Origin: Oligoflexales bacterium
Lineage (GTDB): Bacteria; Bdellovibrionota_B; Oligoflexia; Oligoflexales; Bog-1112
Direction: 5' to 3'
Assembly: GCA_045106415.1 (NCBI GenBank)
Contig: JBGCEP010000019.1
Location: 1-10,689, forward strand
Length of the DNA stretch: 10,689 bases
Part shown: one piece after another, positions 6,956 through 10,689 of the stretch
How the letters are laid out: each line of letters begins with the position of its first letter
Numbering within the stretch: position 1 is the stretch's first letter
The notes under the pieces: generated by a model
Database searches by the model: none
Told to the model about the DNA's origin: nothing
What the model saw: the letters and a program-made list of their open reading frames with translations, nothing else
Program-made: the position numbers and the translations under genes

Positions 6956-8143
6956 ATGCAAATCCTACAAGCTCCAGTAACTATCGTTGGCGGTGGCATC
7001 GCAGGTCTTTGGACCTACCGTCGCCTCCAAGACGCTGGGATTCCAGCTCTTCTCATCGAAGCTGAGGAACTTGGAAACGGCCAGACAATAGCCAGTCAAG
7101 GAATGGTTCACGGTGGACAAAAATATGCGCTTCAAGGCCGAAAGACTCCTCAATCTGAAGCTTTAAAAACCATGCCACAAAGATGGGATCACTCTTTAAG
7201 AGGAGATCCTTCAGAGGCTATCGACCTTAGCCAGACACACAAGCTGTCTGATCATCAGATTTTATGGACAACAGGCCTTTTAAGTTCCATATCTAGTTTT
7301 TTTGCTTCAAAAACTATGAATGCACGAGTTCATCTCACTCAACAAGAACATCCAGCATTTCCATTTCAATCCTTCAAAGGACAACTCTATCATTTGCAAG
7401 AAAAAGTTCTGGATATGTCATCTCTGTTGCGCGATCTAGCAAGAGATCAAAGAGGCATTATTAAAGGCAACTGCGAACACATTGAAAGAAAAATAGATGG
7501 CTCCGTTGATAGTATAAGTTGCTCGATTGGTCATGAAAAAGTTCAAATAAAATCTTCTTTATTTTTATTTACCGCAGGGCTTGGCAATGAACTGATTTGC
7601 GACCAAATCAAACCTAACCATCAAATGACGCAACGCCGCCCTCTGAAGCAAATTATGATCCGAGGCCATCTTCCTTCTATTTTCGGGCATTGCATCACCG
7701 CAGACCCTCGCCCTCGCATCACAATCACGACACATCAGCATTCTTCGGGTGATTCCATATGGTATCTTGGGGGTCTTATTGCAGAAAAAGTCAAAGATAA
7801 AAATGAAGAAGAAGCAATTCCCATCATTGTCAAAGAGCTCAATAATTTATTTCCATGGCACCCTTGGTCATCACCTCTCCAGGTTGGATTTTTAACAAAA
7901 ATCCGCGCTGAAGCATCAAATAAAGGTCAGCTCCACGATAGCCCACAAATCACTCATGAAAAAAACTGGGTGGTCATATGGCCTACTAAAATGACCTTTG
8001 CTCCAGCCGTGGGCGATCAAATACTCAAGATTTGTCAACAGCACAATCTTTCTGAAACAACAAAAAATCTGCCAATCCTTCCTAAACCGTCAATTGCACT
8101 ACCACCATGGGAGACCTGCGAATGGAGTCCTTGCATCATTTAA
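6956..8143 (+). CDS. FAD-dependent oxidoreductase (DAO-like superfamily; PA4991-like)
   Basis: Rossmann motif IVGGGIAGLW, then 'LG.GQTIASQG.+HGG.KYAL.G', FTAG.GN, Q.RPL.Q, PRITITTH, WYLGG.IAE, RAE, WPTK.T.AP and PPWE. TAAGGAG RBS at 6943-6949. Confidence 0.9.
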   Translation: MQILQAPVTIVGGGIAGLWTYRRLQDAGIPALLIEAEELGNGQTIASQGMVHGGQKYALQGRKTPQSEALKTMPQRWDHSLRGDPSEAIDLSQTHKLSDHQILWTTGLLSSISSFFASKTMNARVHLTQQEHPAFPFQSFKGQLYHLQEKVLDMSSLLRDLARDQRGIIKGNCEHIERKIDGSVDSISCSIGHEKVQIKSSLFLFTAGLGNELICDQIKPNHQMTQRRPLKQIMIRGHLPSIFGHCITADPRPRITITTHQHSSGDSIWYLGGLIAEKVKDKNEEEAIPIIVKELNNLFPWHPWSSPLQVGFLTKIRAEASNKGQLHDSPQITHEKNWVVIWPTKMTFAPAVGDQILKICQQHNLSETTKNLPILPKPSIALPPWETCEWSPCII

Positions 8144-8931
8144 AACGTCCTTTTGGATCTCTTGATTACCAAATTTCCCCTTTAGGGTTAGGCACTGTTA
8201 AGTTTGGAAGAAACCTTCATATTAAAAATGCATGTGGCGATGGACAGCCTCTTCCCTCAACAGCGGTATGCACAACTCTACTGGAAAAAGCACTTGAACT
8301 TGGAGTGAATTTTATCGACACAGCTCCTGCTTATGGAGCTGCAGAAGAGGCCCTAGGAAAAATCATTTCTCCTTCTATACGAAAAAATATTATCATCACA
8401 ACAAAAGTTGGTGAATTCTTCGACACAAGAACAGGGACATCTCAACATCACTTCGACCGCAAAACCACCACAGCATCTATAGAGGCAAGTTTTCAAAACC
8501 TCAACACAGATTACTTGGACTTTATTTTTGTTCACTGTTCCCACAATGACCTTGAAAATCTAAATAACACAGACGTCTTACCAACTCTTGCTCGATTCAA
8601 AGAAAAAGGTCTTATCCGCGGATTTGGAGCATCTGTTTACACCCAACAAGCCGCTCAATATGCTTTAAACCATACAGATGGTCTTATGATTACTTATAAT
8701 TTAAATGATTCACAACACAGAACAACTTTACAAAAAGCATACGAACTCAAAAAAGCCGTTGTTATTAAAAAAGGTTTTCTTCAAGGGCATCTGGGAGAAA
8801 AAGGCCCTGAACCTGCTCTAAAACACATTTTACAACAACCTATCCACAGTATAGTTTGTGGAACACTAAATCCAGATCATCTTGCTCAAAATGCAGATAT
8901 AACAGCTCGTTTAATACGAGGATACAGATGA
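8122..8931 (+). CDS. Aldo/keto reductase (PA4992-like subfamily), 269 aa
   Basis: SPLGLGTVKFGR, GVNFIDTAPAYG (catalytic D, Y), ITTKVGE (K), L.TDYLD...VH (H), G.IR.FGAS, GTLNP.HL..N. Start placed at ATG 8122 (GGAG 8 nt upstream); overlaps the upstream gene by 22 nt. Confidence 0.93.
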   Translation: MESLHHLKRPFGSLDYQISPLGLGTVKFGRNLHIKNACGDGQPLPSTAVCTTLLEKALELGVNFIDTAPAYGAAEEALGKIISPSIRKNIIITTKVGEFFDTRTGTSQHHFDRKTTTASIEASFQNLNTDYLDFIFVHCSHNDLENLNNTDVLPTLARFKEKGLIRGFGASVYTQQAAQYALNHTDGLMITYNLNDSQHRTTLQKAYELKKAVVIKKGFLQGHLGEKGPEPALKHILQQPIHSIVCGTLNPDHLAQNADITARLIRGYR

Positions 8932-10145
8932 AAAAAATATCCATGCTTTGGCTTTTATTTTTCTTTTCTCACAAAATATATGGGCAAGAGCACACGATCC
9001 ATACAATCTCTTTTCACGGTCTCAACCGAACATCTGAAACATGGCTGAATAACAACCTTCCGATACAACCTCCTTTTTTTAGCAATTCACATAACTTTGA
9101 AGAAATTCAAAAACATCTCCAAAATCTGAATATTTTTTGGCATGTTGAGCTTATTCCATCAGACACAACATTACACATTCATCTCAAAGAAAAATGGACA
9201 ACAATCCCTGTCTTCAGAGGTGAATTTGGTGGAGGAACAGGACTCACTATTCTTGGGGGATATGACACACATGTGTTCGGTCAAGGCTGGACCGTTGGAG
9301 GAGAGTTTCGAAAATATGGAACTCGCCCCACAGGTGGTGTTGCCTATCTTAGAGTTCCAAATTTATGGGGCCAGTATTTCAGCATTGATTTTTGGAGCAC
9401 TTACCGAGAACAAAGGATACATAGCCATAAACAATGGGTTGCTACCATTTGTTCTGAACAACAAAAACTTAGAAATAGAATCCTTCACCACATCACCCCC
9501 CAAGTATATGCTGGGCTTGACTGGACCATGATCTTTGAACGTCCACCGGATATGAAAATCATTCAAGAAACAAACATACCGCCATTACCAACTCATGGCG
9601 GACGAAATTTTCAACTTTTATTCTCAGCTGTTTACGACAATATCCATATTGACCGCATTCTTTACGAAGGCACTCGCAGCGTTGCTCGATTAGGGGTAAG
9701 TATGCAAAATACCACTTTGCACCCAAAAGCCGATATCGAAACTTTCTATTATAAGAAACTTTCTTTACGGCAATCAATTGCAGGTCACATCTTCTTAGGT
9801 ATGAATACCGGTAGCGCCCTATCTGAATGGTACCTATTAGGAGGACTCGACTCAGTGCGTGGTATCCCTGATGGCGCACTCATTGGTCAACAAGCGTTAT
9901 ATGGAAACTTTGAATGGAGGCACATGATTCATAAATGGTCTCGAATTTGGCTGCAAGGCATTACTTTTTTTGATGTAGGTGCTACTGAATTCAATCACGC
10001 AGACTCCATAGGTCTAGGGGTACGTATCGCAGTCCCACAAGTGCATAGACTTATGCTACGCATAGATTATGCTATCAGTCGGCAAGGTTTCTCAGGTTTT
10101 TCAATAGGCTTAAATCATTTTTTTCAAGCCTATAGACCGCTGTGA
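8928..10145 (+). CDS. Omp85 (BamA/TamA) superfamily outer-membrane protein with a single POTRA domain, 405 aa
   Basis: ATG 8928 overlaps the AKR stop (ATGA) with GAGGA RBS. Signal-peptide-like MKKISMLWLLFFFSHKIYG. One POTRA-like unit (I..I.F.GL.RT.E..L....I...LQNL.IF..V......L.I.LKEKW), amphipathic beta strands, loop-6 motif LGGLDSVRG, and N.EWR, FFDVG, SIGLGVR, LRIDYA. Confidence 0.85.
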   Translation: MKKISMLWLLFFFSHKIYGQEHTIHTISFHGLNRTSETWLNNNLPIQPPFFSNSHNFEEIQKHLQNLNIFWHVELIPSDTTLHIHLKEKWTTIPVFRGEFGGGTGLTILGGYDTHVFGQGWTVGGEFRKYGTRPTGGVAYLRVPNLWGQYFSIDFWSTYREQRIHSHKQWVATICSEQQKLRNRILHHITPQVYAGLDWTMIFERPPDMKIIQETNIPPLPTHGGRNFQLLFSAVYDNIHIDRILYEGTRSVARLGVSMQNTTLHPKADIETFYYKKLSLRQSIAGHIFLGMNTGSALSEWYLLGGLDSVRGIPDGALIGQQALYGNFEWRHMIHKWSRIWLQGITFFDVGATEFNHADSIGLGVRIAVPQVHRLMLRIDYAISRQGFSGFSIGLNHFFQAYRPL

Positions 10146-10280
10146 TGGACTTATTCCAACCTATCCAAAGGAGGGTTCAAAGCCAACTTCTTGTTTCATT
10201 GAGGACAGTTTCACTTCTCCCATATGGGACAAGCCAGTGCTTTCCTCTCCACAAGCTTTGATAACCGTGCAGCTCACGGC
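10137..10280 (-). ncRNA. Predicted TnpB omegaRNA (reRNA) scaffold
   Basis: Nested helices (plus-strand coordinates): CCGTG/CACGG 10265-10279; CTTGT/ACAAG 10190-10194 with 10251-10255; GAGGA/TCCTC 10201-10205 with 10243-10247; palindrome TCCCATATGGGA 10218-10229; and a terminal hairpin at about 10148-10184. The first loop (AGCTG) is complementary to the CAGC just before the terminal GG. The 5' boundary is approximate. Confidence 0.7.
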
Positions 10281-10688
10281 CTGACGTTCTATATTGATGG
10301 CAGCATTGATATCACGGTCATGGTAGCTCTCGCAGTGTGAACACGTCCAACTGCGTTGAGCGAGTTTGATATCATTTTTTTGCAAACAACTCGGATTTGA
10401 ACACATCTTGCTCGATGGAAAAAATCGATCCATCTTCACTATACTGTTGCCTCTTTGTTGCGCCTTATAATTCAGCTGCCGTGTAAACTCATAAAAACCC
10501 ATATCAGCAATCGCTCGAGAAAGCTTTGAATTCTTCAACATTCCACTGACATTGAGATCTTCGATGCCAATTGTCTGAAATCTCGTGGTCAACATGTGCG
10601 TCAGTTTATGCAATGAGTCTTTGCGTATATTCGCAATACGGGCGTGGCATCTTTGCAATTTCAACTGCGCACGACGCCGACTGTGAGA
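10161..10688 (-). CDS. tnpB: RNA-guided endonuclease TnpB, C-terminal part (5' truncated by the window edge)
   Basis: The frame is open to the window edge (SHSRRRAQLKLQRCHARIANIRKDSLHKLT...). RuvC-II IGIEDLNVSGM, F.EF.RQL.YKA, DRFFPSSKMCS, zinc finger C..PSC / CSHC, RuvC-III HDRDINAAINI. RuvC-I lies outside the window. Confidence 0.96.
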   Translation of the reverse strand, partial: SHSRRRAQLKLQRCHARIANIRKDSLHKLTHMLTTRFQTIGIEDLNVSGMLKNSKLSRAIADMGFYEFTRQLNYKAQQRGNSIVKMDRFFPSSKMCSNPSCLQKNDIKLAQRSWTCSHCESYHDRDINAAINIERQAVSCTVIKACGEESTGLSHMGEVKLSSMKQEVGFEPSFG

Positions 10689-10689
10689 G

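Larger units (their letters stand above)
10137..10689 (-). mobile_element. IS607-like (IS200/IS605 superfamily) element, right part; continues beyond the window
   Basis: Carries tnpB. The downstream sequence ...GCTTGTGGAGAGG...GTGAAAC...CTCAATGAAACAAGAAG...TAAGTCCATCACAGCGG matches the style of IS607-type right ends, which finish in GG. tnpA and the left end are not visible, so the family call is indirect. Confidence 0.75.

Noticed and set aside
2801..8927. Longer N-termini in the ORF track for ribB (2833), nrdR (4033), glyA (5313), AKR (8107) and Omp85 (8856)
   Set aside because: Downstream starts (2800, 4024, 5277, 8122, 8928) have better-spaced RBSs, stop/start overlaps or family-typical N-termini.
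6956..8931. Idea that the FAD oxidoreductase/AKR pair replaces the missing RibD reductase or RibA
   Set aside because: The only support is proximity across a divergent promoter. The homologous pair, as I recall it, occurs in Pseudomonas, which has canonical ribA and ribD, and neither protein has deaminase or cyclohydrolase motifs.
6965..9879. Short ORFs 6965..7153, 8353..8544, 9142..9531, 9363..9566, 9559..9879
   Set aside because: Fully nested in or antisense to the oxidoreductase, AKR or Omp85 genes, with no independent coding evidence.
10137..10689. Cas12f/CRISPR system or group I intron-IS607 (IStron)
   Set aside because: No repeat-spacer array or cas genes in the window. The element is antisense to the gene it abuts, so splicing could not restore it, and no intron core is visible.

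Overview
Bacterial chromosomal window with two divergent gene clusters and mobile-element debris at both edges; the gene order is Deltaproteobacteria/Bdellovibrionota-like (inference from synteny only). Minus strand (6006->696): acpP-rpiB-glyA-nrdR-ribE(riboflavin synthase)-ribB-ribH-nusB plus an orphan ORF. This is a trimmed version of the conserved acpP-fabF-rpiB-glyA-nrdR-ribD-ribE-ribBA-ribH-nusB superoperon: fabF, ribD and ribA are cleanly absent. Plus strand (6098->10145): an LpxH-like metallophosphoesterase, an FAD-dependent oxidoreductase, an aldo/keto reductase and a single-POTRA Omp85-family outer-membrane protein; the last three overlap. The oxidoreductase/AKR pair resembles, from memory, the uncharacterised Pseudomonas PA4991/PA4992 pair near the LPS genes, and this four-gene envelope module is the best candidate for an undescribed system. 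Right edge: 3' part of an IS607-like tnpB with a readable omegaRNA scaffold, whose predicted right end overlaps the last codons and stop of the Omp85 gene. Left edge: a probable IS1634-like transposase C-terminus and a heavily decayed IS5 (IS427-group) remnant that the ORF track misses. No CRISPR array, tRNA or rRNA was seen.
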